Positions 35,739 through 44,697 of a DNA stretch of 64,000 bases are shown here, one piece after another. Positions within the stretch are counted from its first letter, which is position 1. Each line of letters starts with the position of its first letter. The notes under the pieces are model-generated. The model saw only the letters and a list, made by a program, of their open reading frames with translations, had not been told where the DNA came from and did no database searches. Both the position numbers and the translations under genes were made by a program. Source of the DNA: Planctomycetota bacterium (GTDB lineage: Bacteria > Planctomycetota > JAJSAM01 > JAJVHW01); the NCBI GenBank assembly GCA_965248445.1, contig CBDFJG010000004.1:1696001-1760000 (forward strand), written 5' to 3'.

Positions 35739-37607
35739 CTAAGCGGGGTTCCCGTCGGGGGCTCCCGGGAGTTGATCCGGGCTGCCCTCCGGTCGATCTG
35801 CTGCCTCCGAATCGAGGGGCTGGCCCGCCGCGCCGGACGCCCGGCGCCGGTGGAAGTCGACGAGGTCGCGCAGCCGGGCCGCCTCCTCGGCTCCCCCGTC
35901 CGCCTCGCGCAGGGCGTCGTGGAGTCCGCGAGCCTCGACGCGCTGGCGGAGCCTGTCGAGGCAGTCGCGGCCCTGGCGCAGCAGGTCGGTCTTGCCGGCG
36001 GCCTGGTCGAGGAGCGCCGCGCCGAGAGCCGCCAGTTCGGGATCAGCGAGGCCTCCCACGACGGCCTCGCCGGTGCTGCCTCGCTCGCGACCGTCGCGGA
36101 GCGCCGACACCAGGCCGCGCACGAGCGAGTGTCCGAGGAGCCCCGCGTCCTCGTCCGTGATCTGGTCGAGGAACTCGGTGGAGCAGAGCGCCGACTCGAG
36201 GAGCAGTCTCTCGAGAGTCGTCGGCGGCCGCTCGGGCGGACGGACCTCGTCGTCAGAGGCAGGAGCGGGCTGAGCGGGTAGCGCCGCGGCCGGGCGGGCG
36301 GGCCGGCGCAGGGCGTTCAGGCGCTCCTCGACCGCGTGCTCGGGGATGCCGAGTTCATCGGCGAGTTGGCGCACGAGGAGCGCAGAGCGAACCGGGTCGG
36401 TCACGTCGGCGACGACCTGCAACACGTCCGCCGCCGCTGCAGAGAGCGCAGCCGTCCCCTCGCCGCCGTGCGCGGCCACCCGCGCCCGTACCAAGAAGCG
36501 GAAGGCGTCCTGGCTCGTGTCGAGGTGGCCGCGCAGCGCGTCGAGCCCGCCGCCGACGACGATGTCGGCCGGGTCGCTGCCGGGGGGCAGAGTGACGACC
36601 CGCGGGTTCGCGTCTTGGGCGAGGAACGCCGCGGACGCCCGCTCGGCCGCGCGCTGGCCAGCTGCATCGCCGTCGTAGAGCAGGAACACGCGGCCGGGCA
36701 ACCTGACGTGCCGAGCGAGGAGCGCCGCCTGCCGCTCGGTCAGCGCCGTGCCGAGACCGGCAACCGCCACCTTGTACCCGTGCTGGTGGGCCAGGACCAC
36801 GTCGGTGTAGCCCTCCATGACGGCCGCCTCGCGGTCCTCCTGCATGGCTGCGCGCGCGAGGTGCAGGGCGTAGAGGTGGCGGCCCTTCTGGAAGAGCGGC
36901 GTCTCCGGCGAGTTCAGGTACTTCGGCTCGTCGTCGCCGAGCGTGCGGGCGCCGAATGCGATCACGCGGCCCTGCGTGTCGGCGATGGGGAACACGACGC
37001 GATCACGAAAACGGTCGTAGGTCTTCTCGCGGTCTCCATCCGTGCGATGCACCACGAGACCGGCGTCCACGAGTTCGGGGACGCTGAATCCGCCACGTTG
37101 TGCTGCTCCGAGGAGGCGGTCCCACCCGGGCGGCGCGTACCCGAGCCGGAAGTCGCGCGCGGTCTCGCCGCTGATCTCCCGGCGCTGGAAGTACGCGCGG
37201 GCGCGCTCTCCGTCCGGCCCGCGGAGCGCGGCCTCGAAGAAGCGGCACGCCCACTCGCACGCCTCGAGCAGGCGCGTGCGGCGGCCCGTGCGCTTCGCCT
37301 CCTCGGGAGTCGCGGACGGAGGCGAGATGCCGGCTTGGCGGGCGAGCTGCAGGACGGCTTCGCGGAACGTCGCGCCCTCCTTCTCGCAGACGAAGCCGAA
37401 TACGTTCCCGGACTTGCCGCAGCCGAAGCACTTCCACGTCGTTGTCTCGGGCCACACGACGAACGACGGCGTCTTCTCGCGGTGGAACGGGCACAGGCCC
37501 TTGAGGGAGCCGCCCTGTTTGCGCAGCGTCACGTGCCGTCCGATCACCTCCGCGGCGTCGACGGTCAGTCGCACCTGTTCGATGAAGTCGTCGGGGAGGA
37601 GGGCCAC
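35739..37607 (-). CDS. dnaG: DNA primase
   Basis: CPFHREKTPSF...CFGC zinc finger, DRFRDRVVFPI, PKYLNSPET, EGYTD, YDGDAAG. Confidence 0.97.
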   Translation of the reverse strand: MALLPDDFIEQVRLTVDAAEVIGRHVTLRKQGGSLKGLCPFHREKTPSFVVWPETTTWKCFGCGKSGNVFGFVCEKEGATFREAVLQLARQAGISPPSATPEEAKRTGRRTRLLEACEWACRFFEAALRGPDGERARAYFQRREISGETARDFRLGYAPPGWDRLLGAAQRGGFSVPELVDAGLVVHRTDGDREKTYDRFRDRVVFPIADTQGRVIAFGARTLGDDEPKYLNSPETPLFQKGRHLYALHLARAAMQEDREAAVMEGYTDVVLAHQHGYKVAVAGLGTALTERQAALLARHVRLPGRVFLLYDGDAAGQRAAERASAAFLAQDANPRVVTLPPGSDPADIVVGGGLDALRGHLDTSQDAFRFLVRARVAAHGGEGTAALSAAAADVLQVVADVTDPVRSALLVRQLADELGIPEHAVEERLNALRRPARPAAALPAQPAPASDDEVRPPERPPTTLERLLLESALCSTEFLDQITDEDAGLLGHSLVRGLVSALRDGRERGSTGEAVVGGLADPELAALGAALLDQAAGKTDLLRQGRDCLDRLRQRVEARGLHDALREADGGAEEAARLRDLVDFHRRRASGAAGQPLDSEAADRPEGSPDQLPGAPDGNPA

Positions 37608-37829
37608 GGGTCGTCTCGCCGGTCGTTTGGGTCGTCGCGCCACGGAGAGCCGCGGGCCGCACATGGTAGCGGCCGGATGCCCCGACGGCCTGTGCGACCG
37701 CCCGCTATCTGTCGTGTGCGGCCGAGCGTGAGCCGAGCCTGGGTCGGCGGCTGCCCTCAAGCGTCGCCGCCACAGCTTCCGATGCTTCTCAGGGGCACCA
37801 CTGCGGCTGGCCGCAGGGAGAGAGCAACG

Positions 37830-38537
37830 ATGTTCCGAGTGACGCTCGTCGAGGGCGAGGACGAACTGGCCGAGTTCACGTTCGACCAAGAAGTCGTGAC
37901 GATCGGCCGCGACCGTCACTGCGACATCATCGTGGCCAACGCGCGGGCGTCGCGCTACCACGCGACCATCGAGCGGACGCACCGTGGGTACGTGCTGGCG
38001 GACCTGAGCAGCCACAACGGCACGTTCGTCCACGGGAAGCGGGTCCGCCATCACCGCCTCGACGACGAGGACGCCTTCTCGATCGCGCGGCAGACGTTCC
38101 GGTTCCTGCAGACCGAGTCCACCGACGAACTGGATGAACTCGAGGAGGAGCTCAGCTTCTCGTCGTCGCAGTCGCAGCCCGTGGTGATCGAGCCGGGACT
38201 CGAGACGGAGCCCGACCTCGATGTGGTGCTCCAGGAGATCAAGGCGTCGCCGCCGGCGCGGCTCGTCCAGCTCGCACCAACCCGCCGGGTCTTCGACATC
38301 GACGGCGAACGTGTCGTGATCGGCCGCAACGCCGCTTCTGAGATTCGCCTCCACGGTCTCCTGGTTCCGCATCAGGCGGCTGTGCTGGTGCGAGAGGACG
38401 ACGCCTACCGCGTACTCGGTGTGTCACGTCGGTTCCGTCTGAACGGACGGCGCGCGGAAGGGGTGGCGCTGAAAGACGGCGACCTCCTCACGATCGGGCG
38501 GCACCGCTTCCGCTACGTCATCGACCAGCGGGACTGA
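37830..38537 (+). CDS. Tandem FHA-domain protein
   Basis: TIGR...SRYHA...DLSSHNGTFV canonical FHA; second, degenerate FHA (VIGR...LNG...LKDGDLLTIG); SD GGGAGAG. Confidence 0.9.
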   Translation: MFRVTLVEGEDELAEFTFDQEVVTIGRDRHCDIIVANARASRYHATIERTHRGYVLADLSSHNGTFVHGKRVRHHRLDDEDAFSIARQTFRFLQTESTDELDELEEELSFSSSQSQPVVIEPGLETEPDLDVVLQEIKASPPARLVQLAPTRRVFDIDGERVVIGRNAASEIRLHGLLVPHQAAVLVREDDAYRVLGVSRRFRLNGRRAEGVALKDGDLLTIGRHRFRYVIDQRD

Positions 38538-38603
38538 GGTTCTCGCTGCGGACCCACGCGAGCGCGTCTCGACTCATCGCCACCAGCTCAACGGGACACC
38601 GGC

Positions 38604-38981
38604 TCAACCGGACACCGGAACCGTCCACATGAACGCGAACCCCACGGTGCGCGCGACGAGCGCGGTGCTCGCGATCCAACGATGCCACAGGCGCACACGC
38701 GGGGCCGGTCCGCCGAGGAGCAACCGCGCACCCAGCGCGAGCGTCGGGAGGTAGAGCACCACCGCCACGACACTCGCCACGACGTGCCAGGTCTCGCCGG
38801 TTCCCATGGGCTCGGTGCGGACCTGTGCGATCACGCTCCGCTGGACCTCGAGCGCGACCACGATTCCGAGGTCGAGCAGGATGCCGGCGAGCACGAGCGG
38901 AACGTGTACCCGGCGCCGCTTCCGGGCAGCCCAACCGGCGACCAGGAGGACGAACGCGATCGATGCGAGCGCGAAGTGCAC
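38604..38981 (-). CDS. Small 4-TM membrane protein (DUF420-like) with His residues in helices
   Basis: SD AAGGAG before GTG; four hydrophobic helices with HVPL, WHVV, WHRW. Confidence 0.6.
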   Translation of the reverse strand: MHFALASIAFVLLVAGWAARKRRRVHVPLVLAGILLDLGIVVALEVQRSVIAQVRTEPMGTGETWHVVASVVAVVLYLPTLALGARLLLGGPAPRVRLWHRWIASTALVARTVGFAFMWTVPVSG

Positions 38982-39159
38982 GGTCTCCTTCCCAGTCAGG
39001 CCACCCGAGGATGTCACCTACCACGTGGACGAGCCTCGGATTGTGCCGCCTGCGGTCGGGGCCGAGGAACTTCCCTCCGGAGACGCCCGGCGAGCCTGGC
39101 ACAGCTTGGATCAGGCCTTCTCTCTCAGGCTGGAACGGCCGGGTGCCCGATGAGGATGC

Positions 39160-40953
39160 GTGGCTGCGTACCCAGACCCTGTAGCACCCCTCGAGGAGAG
39201 ACTCCCCGACTCCGGGCCCGCCCGCGAGCGAGCCCGCGTGGCGAGGCTCGAGGCCGATCTCGGCCGCGCCGTCGAGGAGCGGGCTCACCAGTCTCGGATG
39301 GTGCGTGAGGAGCTGGACCGCCTCTCCAAGATCTACGACCGTCTGCGCGCTGACCTCGCGGGCGCGCAGGGCGAACGCGATCAAGCGCTCGAGGACGCCC
39401 GCCGCGAGCGCGAACTGCGGGCCCGGGAGACCCTCGAACTCGCCGAGCAGTTGGAGGAGGCGCGGCAGAACGCATCGTCCCCCGCCGCCGCCGGTGCCGA
39501 GGAGTCCCGCGCGCGATTCGTGGAGGAGCGGTTGCGCCTCGTCCCAGAGGAACGCCGGGAGCTCGCTCCGGGTGAACTGCCCGAACTCGAAGGGTTCCGG
39601 ATCATCGAGGAGATCGGTCGCGGCGGCATGGCCACGGTGTTCCGCGCCGAGAACAAGGCGGACGGCGAGACCGTCGCGATCAAGCTGCTGCACGAAGGCA
39701 GCAAGGCGAACCGCACGCGCACCGAGCTGTTCCTCCGCGAAGCCGCAGTCATGCTGCAGCTCGACCACCCCGCGTTGCTCCGCGCGATCGACGCCGGTGA
39801 CTGCCGCTACGGCCGGTACCTCGTGCTTCCGCTGGTACGCGGACGGAGTCTCGCCGCGCGCGCGCGGCGCGAAGGACCGCTCGGCGAAGAGGAGTCCGTG
39901 CGCATCGCGCTCGAGATCGGTCGCGCGCTGCGCTACTGCGCGCGCATCGGACTGACGCATCGCGACGTCAAGCCGAGCAACATCATGCAGGACGAAGAGG
40001 GGCGCGTGCGTCTCTGCGACTTCGGCCTCGCGGCGCTGGACGACGGTGACTCCGGGCGGCCCTACGGCTCCCCGGGATACGCGGCGCCGGAACAGCTCTC
40101 GACGCCCGACGAGGTCGACGAGCGCGCGGACATCTACGCGCTCGGATGCTCGCTGTGGCACTTGGTCGTCGGCCGCCGGCCGTTCCCGGGGTCGCCGCGC
40201 AAGTCGTTCGAGGAAGCGCGCCGCAACGACGTCCCCGACCCGCGCTTCGAGGGCGCCGACGTCTCCCGCCGCCTCGCCCAGGTGATCCGCCGCATGACGC
40301 GCTGCAAGCGCACACGTCGTTACCGCAACTGGGACGAGTGCCTCCTCGACCTGATGCTCGTCGAGAAGGGCAATCCGCCGTTCGCGGCGCACCTCGCCGA
40401 CGCGCTCGCTCCGGAGCTGCGTCACGACGGCGCCGGCGCGGTGCCGCCGGTCGCTCCGATCGGCGGCACGCTCAACGCGTCGCCGCCGCTGACCGGTGAG
40501 TCGGGGCAGTTCCCTTCGCCTGTTCGCCCGTCGATCACTGCGACAGGCACGGGCGAACAGATGCCGGAAGAGCGGACAGCGTTCGATCGTCTCTCTGCCG
40601 CCCTGCGCGGGGCCGAGGACGCAGCCGGCGACATCGCCGTTCCCGACGAGTCGGGCGGCAGCGAATCCGGCCTCGTGAAATTCGACAACGCGCTGGCTCG
40701 CCTGCTCGACGTTGCAGCCTCCCACCGGGGGCTGCTCGTCACCGTGGCGCTCGCGTTCCTGCTGATCGGGCTCCTGGCGGGCGCGCAGTTCGGCGGGGAC
40801 TCGACGGTCTCCCGGCTGAGGGACGAGGCCATCGTCCTGGCCTCCCGCGGCGAGGGGCGCGAGGCCGCAGCCTCCCTTCGGGCCGCCGCCCGCCTCGTGT
40901 CCAGCGACGAGGCCGAAGAACTCCTCCAACTCGCTCGCGAGCTCGAGAAGTAA
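39160..40953 (+). CDS. Membrane-anchored Ser/Thr protein kinase with N-terminal coiled coil
   Basis: IGRGGMATVF, VAIK, HRDVKPSN, DFG, GSPGYAAPE; C-terminal TM LLVTVALAFLLIGLLAGA. Confidence 0.92.
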   Translation: MAAYPDPVAPLEERLPDSGPARERARVARLEADLGRAVEERAHQSRMVREELDRLSKIYDRLRADLAGAQGERDQALEDARRERELRARETLELAEQLEEARQNASSPAAAGAEESRARFVEERLRLVPEERRELAPGELPELEGFRIIEEIGRGGMATVFRAENKADGETVAIKLLHEGSKANRTRTELFLREAAVMLQLDHPALLRAIDAGDCRYGRYLVLPLVRGRSLAARARREGPLGEEESVRIALEIGRALRYCARIGLTHRDVKPSNIMQDEEGRVRLCDFGLAALDDGDSGRPYGSPGYAAPEQLSTPDEVDERADIYALGCSLWHLVVGRRPFPGSPRKSFEEARRNDVPDPRFEGADVSRRLAQVIRRMTRCKRTRRYRNWDECLLDLMLVEKGNPPFAAHLADALAPELRHDGAGAVPPVAPIGGTLNASPPLTGESGQFPSPVRPSITATGTGEQMPEERTAFDRLSAALRGAEDAAGDIAVPDESGGSESGLVKFDNALARLLDVAASHRGLLVTVALAFLLIGLLAGAQFGGDSTVSRLRDEAIVLASRGEGREAAASLRAAARLVSSDEAEELLQLARELEK

Positions 40954-41261
40954 GCCGCACTTGCCGGTTTCCCGGCTGACGTAACGTCAGCTTTACGTTC
41001 TCGCGACGCGTCCGAGCCTGAGACTCCCGGCACGGGGGTTGCAAAACAGAGAGCAAGTTCCCGCTTGGGGACGGACAGGCAAAGTCCCCCTCGCGAGGGA
41101 GAAGTGCTCTCCGCGAGGTCCGGGACCGGTTCCCAGGGTTTCACCCGTGTGGGTGAGGCGGATGCGCCGCCAAGGACCCATCCTGGTGTTCCGGTCCCGG
41201 TGTGGGACGCCGCACTCGCGGCACGAGCGCCCCTGACTCGAGCGCGCGGTACGATCCGCCA

Positions 41262-42638
41262 GTGCAGGACGCCCCCACCACGTTCGACGGTCTCGGCCTT
41301 CCGCCGGAAATCGTCACCTCGCTCACGGACGCAGGCTTCGTCACACCGCTCCCGGTGCAGGTGCGGGCGATCCCCCCTCTCCTCGAGGGCGCGAGCGTGG
41401 TCGTATCGGCGGAGACGGGCAGCGGCAAGACCCTGGCGTATGCCGCCCCTCTCGTCGCGTCGCTCCTGGACGGCCCCCCGGCCGCGGCGCCGCGGGTGCT
41501 CGTTCTGGTACCGACCCGCGAGCTTGCGTCGCAGGTCGCCGGCGTCTTCGAGTCGGTCGGCGCCGCGCACGGCATCGTCACCGCGGCCACGCATGGCGGT
41601 ACGCCGGTCCGCATCGACGAGCGGGCGCTGGAGGCCGGTGCGCACGTCGTCGTCGCGACACCCGGCCGCCTGCGCGACCTGGCCCGGCGGGGCGCGTTCC
41701 TGTCCGGCGCGCTCGAGACGGTCGTCGTCGACGAGGCCGACCGCATGCTCGCGCGGGACTTCGCGCCCCAAGTGCGGAAGCTGATCGAGTTCGTTCCGCC
41801 CACGACGCGACTCGTCCTCTGCTCCGCCACGGTCGACAACCGCGTGCTCGATCTGGCTGCCGGACGTCTGGACGACGCGGTGCGCGTCCACGGCTCGCTC
41901 GAGGGTGACCGCGCGCTCCCCCCGGGCATCCGTCACACCGCAGTCGTCGTGCGGCAACCGCTCAAGCGCCTGCTGCTGGTGCACCTGCTCACGACGGATG
42001 AGACCACACGGCTTCTGGTGTTCGTCGGCTCTCGGTTTCGCTGCCGTGCGCTCGCCGAGGCGCTTGTGGCGGACGGCGTGACCGCCGAGTCGCTCTCAGG
42101 CGGACGCAAGCAGGAGGACCGCGACGCGGCGCTGGCGGCGTTCCGCGCGGGGCGGCTCCGCGTGCTCGTCGCCACCGATCTGGCCGAGCGCGGCATCGAC
42201 CTGCCCGGACTGACGCACGTCGTGAACTTCGACCTGCCGAGGAAGGTGACGCGCTACGCGCACCGGGTGGGGCGCACGGCACGCGCGTTCGGCGAGGGCG
42301 TGGTTCTCGCGTTCGTCACGCCACCGGAACAGGGGTTCCTGGACGCGGCGAGGAAGCTCCTCGACGTGCCGATCGAACTGGCCGAGCTACCGGGGTTCGA
42401 CTTCGAGCAGAAGCCCGTCGGCCCGGACCCGCTGGTCGAACCGCTGGATCTATCCAAGGGCAGGTCGGCGAGGACACCAGATGGACCGAAACGGCCACGC
42501 ACGGGCAACCCCGCACAGCAGAAGAGGGCTTTCTGGGATCGCGCCCGCAAGTCACGCGACGAGCGCCGCGCGCGACGAGGAGGCCCACCGGCGCGCGGTA
42601 AGCGCGGCGGACCGAAGCCGGACAAGCGGAGCAAGTAG
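41262..42638 (+). CDS. DEAD-box RNA helicase (RhlE-like)
   Basis: Q motif, AETGSGKT, PTRELA, TPGRL, DEAD, SAT, HRVGRTAR; basic C-terminal tail. Confidence 0.95.
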   Translation: MQDAPTTFDGLGLPPEIVTSLTDAGFVTPLPVQVRAIPPLLEGASVVVSAETGSGKTLAYAAPLVASLLDGPPAAAPRVLVLVPTRELASQVAGVFESVGAAHGIVTAATHGGTPVRIDERALEAGAHVVVATPGRLRDLARRGAFLSGALETVVVDEADRMLARDFAPQVRKLIEFVPPTTRLVLCSATVDNRVLDLAAGRLDDAVRVHGSLEGDRALPPGIRHTAVVVRQPLKRLLLVHLLTTDETTRLLVFVGSRFRCRALAEALVADGVTAESLSGGRKQEDRDAALAAFRAGRLRVLVATDLAERGIDLPGLTHVVNFDLPRKVTRYAHRVGRTARAFGEGVVLAFVTPPEQGFLDAARKLLDVPIELAELPGFDFEQKPVGPDPLVEPLDLSKGRSARTPDGPKRPRTGNPAQQKRAFWDRARKSRDERRARRGGPPARGKRGGPKPDKRSK

Positions 42639-42641
42639 CCG

Positions 42642-43718
42642 TCAGGAAGCGGACGAGACGAGCCGTGGATCGGTCACGTCGCGGAGCGCGTCACCGATCA
42701 GGTTCATCACGAGCACCGTGAAGAAGACCGCGATGCTCGGCGGGTACATCAGGTGGGGCGCGATGCGCAGGTTGTCCCAGCCGGAACGAAGGATGTTGCC
42801 CCATGTCGCTTCGGGCGGTTGCACGCCGAACCCCAGCCACGACAGCCCGGTTTCCGTGAAGATCGCGCCCGCCACGCCGAACGCGACCACGACCAGCACC
42901 GGCGCCAGAGCATTCGGCATCAGGTGCCGGAAGATGATGCGCGGCGCCGACGCGCCGAGCGCGCGGGCTGCCAGCGCATAGTCGAGGCCCTTCAGCTTCA
43001 TCATCTCCCCGCGCGTGTAGCGAGCGATGCCCGTCCACGCGAACAGCCCGATGACGACCATGATGTTCCAGATGCTCGGCTCGAAGATGAGCAGGCAGAT
43101 GAGGATCACGTAGAAGACCGGCACGCAGATGAAGACCTCGATGATGCGCGAGAGCGCGATGTCCCACCATCCACCGAGGTAGCCCGCCACGCAGCCCATG
43201 ATGATCCCGATCACGGCCGCGATGCCCATTGAGACGAATCCGATCAGAATCGCGATCGGCGTGGCGTGGAGCATGCGCGACATCACATCGCGACCGATCT
43301 CGTCCGTGCCGAGTCGATGCTCCGCGCTCGGCGGCTCCAACTTGCGCAGTGGCGCGGTTTGATTGGGTCCGTACGGCACCGGCGGCCACGTGGCCCAGTT
43401 CGCGTCGTCCTGCGTCTCCGCGTAATACTCCTGCGCGCTGAACTGCGGGAAACGGAAGGGCTTCGGCATCGCGTGCAGATCCTCGCCGAACGGCACCTGG
43501 TGCAGCACGTCCACGAGAGCGGGGAAGAAGATCTCGCCCTGGTACTTGCAGACGAGCGGCTTGTCATTCGCGAGGACCGGGCTCAGGAACGCGACGAGGG
43601 CGAGCAACGCGAGCATCGACACGCCGAACATGCCGGAGCGGTGTTTCTTGAGACGTCCCCACGTCGCACGCCAGAAGCCCTGCGGCGGCGGTGGGTCGGC
43701 TGGCCGCGGATCAGTCAT
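42642..43718 (-). CDS. Peptide ABC transporter permease (OppC/DppC-like)
   Basis: HRLGTDEIGRDVMSR, AARALGAS..RIIFRHLMPN, LIGDALRD. Confidence 0.93.
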   Translation of the reverse strand: MTDPRPADPPPPQGFWRATWGRLKKHRSGMFGVSMLALLALVAFLSPVLANDKPLVCKYQGEIFFPALVDVLHQVPFGEDLHAMPKPFRFPQFSAQEYYAETQDDANWATWPPVPYGPNQTAPLRKLEPPSAEHRLGTDEIGRDVMSRMLHATPIAILIGFVSMGIAAVIGIIMGCVAGYLGGWWDIALSRIIEVFICVPVFYVILICLLIFEPSIWNIMVVIGLFAWTGIARYTRGEMMKLKGLDYALAARALGASAPRIIFRHLMPNALAPVLVVVAFGVAGAIFTETGLSWLGFGVQPPEATWGNILRSGWDNLRIAPHLMYPPSIAVFFTVLVMNLIGDALRDVTDPRLVSSAS

Positions 43719-44685
43719 AGCGGATCCTCGGGTCGGCCACCGCGTACAAGAGGTCAGCCAGCAGGATGCCGCCGAGCACGAGGACCGAGCTGATGATCAA
43801 GCTCGCCATCATGATCGGGTAGTCGCGCGCGAGCATGCCGTTGAAGAACAGACGGCCGAGACCGGGCCAGTTGAAGATGACCTCCAAGATCACGCTGCCC
43901 GAGATCAGCGCAGGCACCAGCGCGCCCAGGCGCGTGAGGAGCGGAATGAACGTGTTGCGGAAGGCGTGCTTGAACAGCACGCGCCGCTCGGACGCGCCCT
44001 TGGCCCGCGCGGTCCGCACGTAGTCCTGACGCAATACCTCGAGCAGCGTGCTGCGCGTGAAACGGGACTGGAACGCCAGCCCGCCGAACGTGAAGCAGAA
44101 CGTGATCAGCACGTAGTGCGCGATCGCGTCCTTCCACTTCCCCGCAAGGGACATCGTGTCGTATGCGTCGGACTGCATCCCGCGGAACGGGAGCAGGTCC
44201 CACTGGACACCGACCCAGTAGATGAGCACGACTGCTGCGACGTAGCTGGGCACGGCGTACAGGGCGTAGAGGAAGACCCCCGAGATCGTGTCGAACAGAC
44301 CCCCCTGGTGCGCCCCCTGGTAGAGGCCGATCGGGATGGCTGCGGCGAGCATGAGCAAGATGCTCAGAGTGGAGACGCTCAGCGTCGGCCACAGCGACTG
44401 CATGACCTTGTCCGCGACCGGGCGGCCGTCCTGGAACGACGTCCCGAAGTCGCCCTGCAGCATCTTCCCTAGCCACGACAGGTAGCGCTCGTGCAGCGGC
44501 TTGTCGAGGCCGAAGTGCTTGCGCAGCATCTCCGCCATCCGCGCGGAGACCTCGGGGTCCTGCACCTCCGACATGATCGCCGCGGGGTCACCCGGAATCA
44601 TGTTGATCAGAGCGAACACGATCACGGAGATCCCGAGGAGCGTGAACGCTGCGATGAACAGGCGCCGGACGGTGTACTGGAACAT
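43711..44685 (-). CDS. Peptide ABC transporter permease (OppB/DppB-like)
   Basis: PGDP, GDFGTS, DYVRTARAKG, LADLLYAVADPRI. Confidence 0.93.
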   Translation of the reverse strand: MFQYTVRRLFIAAFTLLGISVIVFALINMIPGDPAAIMSEVQDPEVSARMAEMLRKHFGLDKPLHERYLSWLGKMLQGDFGTSFQDGRPVADKVMQSLWPTLSVSTLSILLMLAAAIPIGLYQGAHQGGLFDTISGVFLYALYAVPSYVAAVVLIYWVGVQWDLLPFRGMQSDAYDTMSLAGKWKDAIAHYVLITFCFTFGGLAFQSRFTRSTLLEVLRQDYVRTARAKGASERRVLFKHAFRNTFIPLLTRLGALVPALISGSVILEVIFNWPGLGRLFFNGMLARDYPIMMASLIISSVLVLGGILLADLLYAVADPRIRYD

Positions 44686-44697
44686 GCGCCGGTGCGG

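Noticed and set aside
41070..41200. c-di-GMP-I riboswitch, SRP RNA or tRNA-Sec
   Set aside because: GGCAAA is present but not the GAAA tetraloop/GACGCAAA; no SRP domain IV motif; no cloverleaf with a TCA anticodon.
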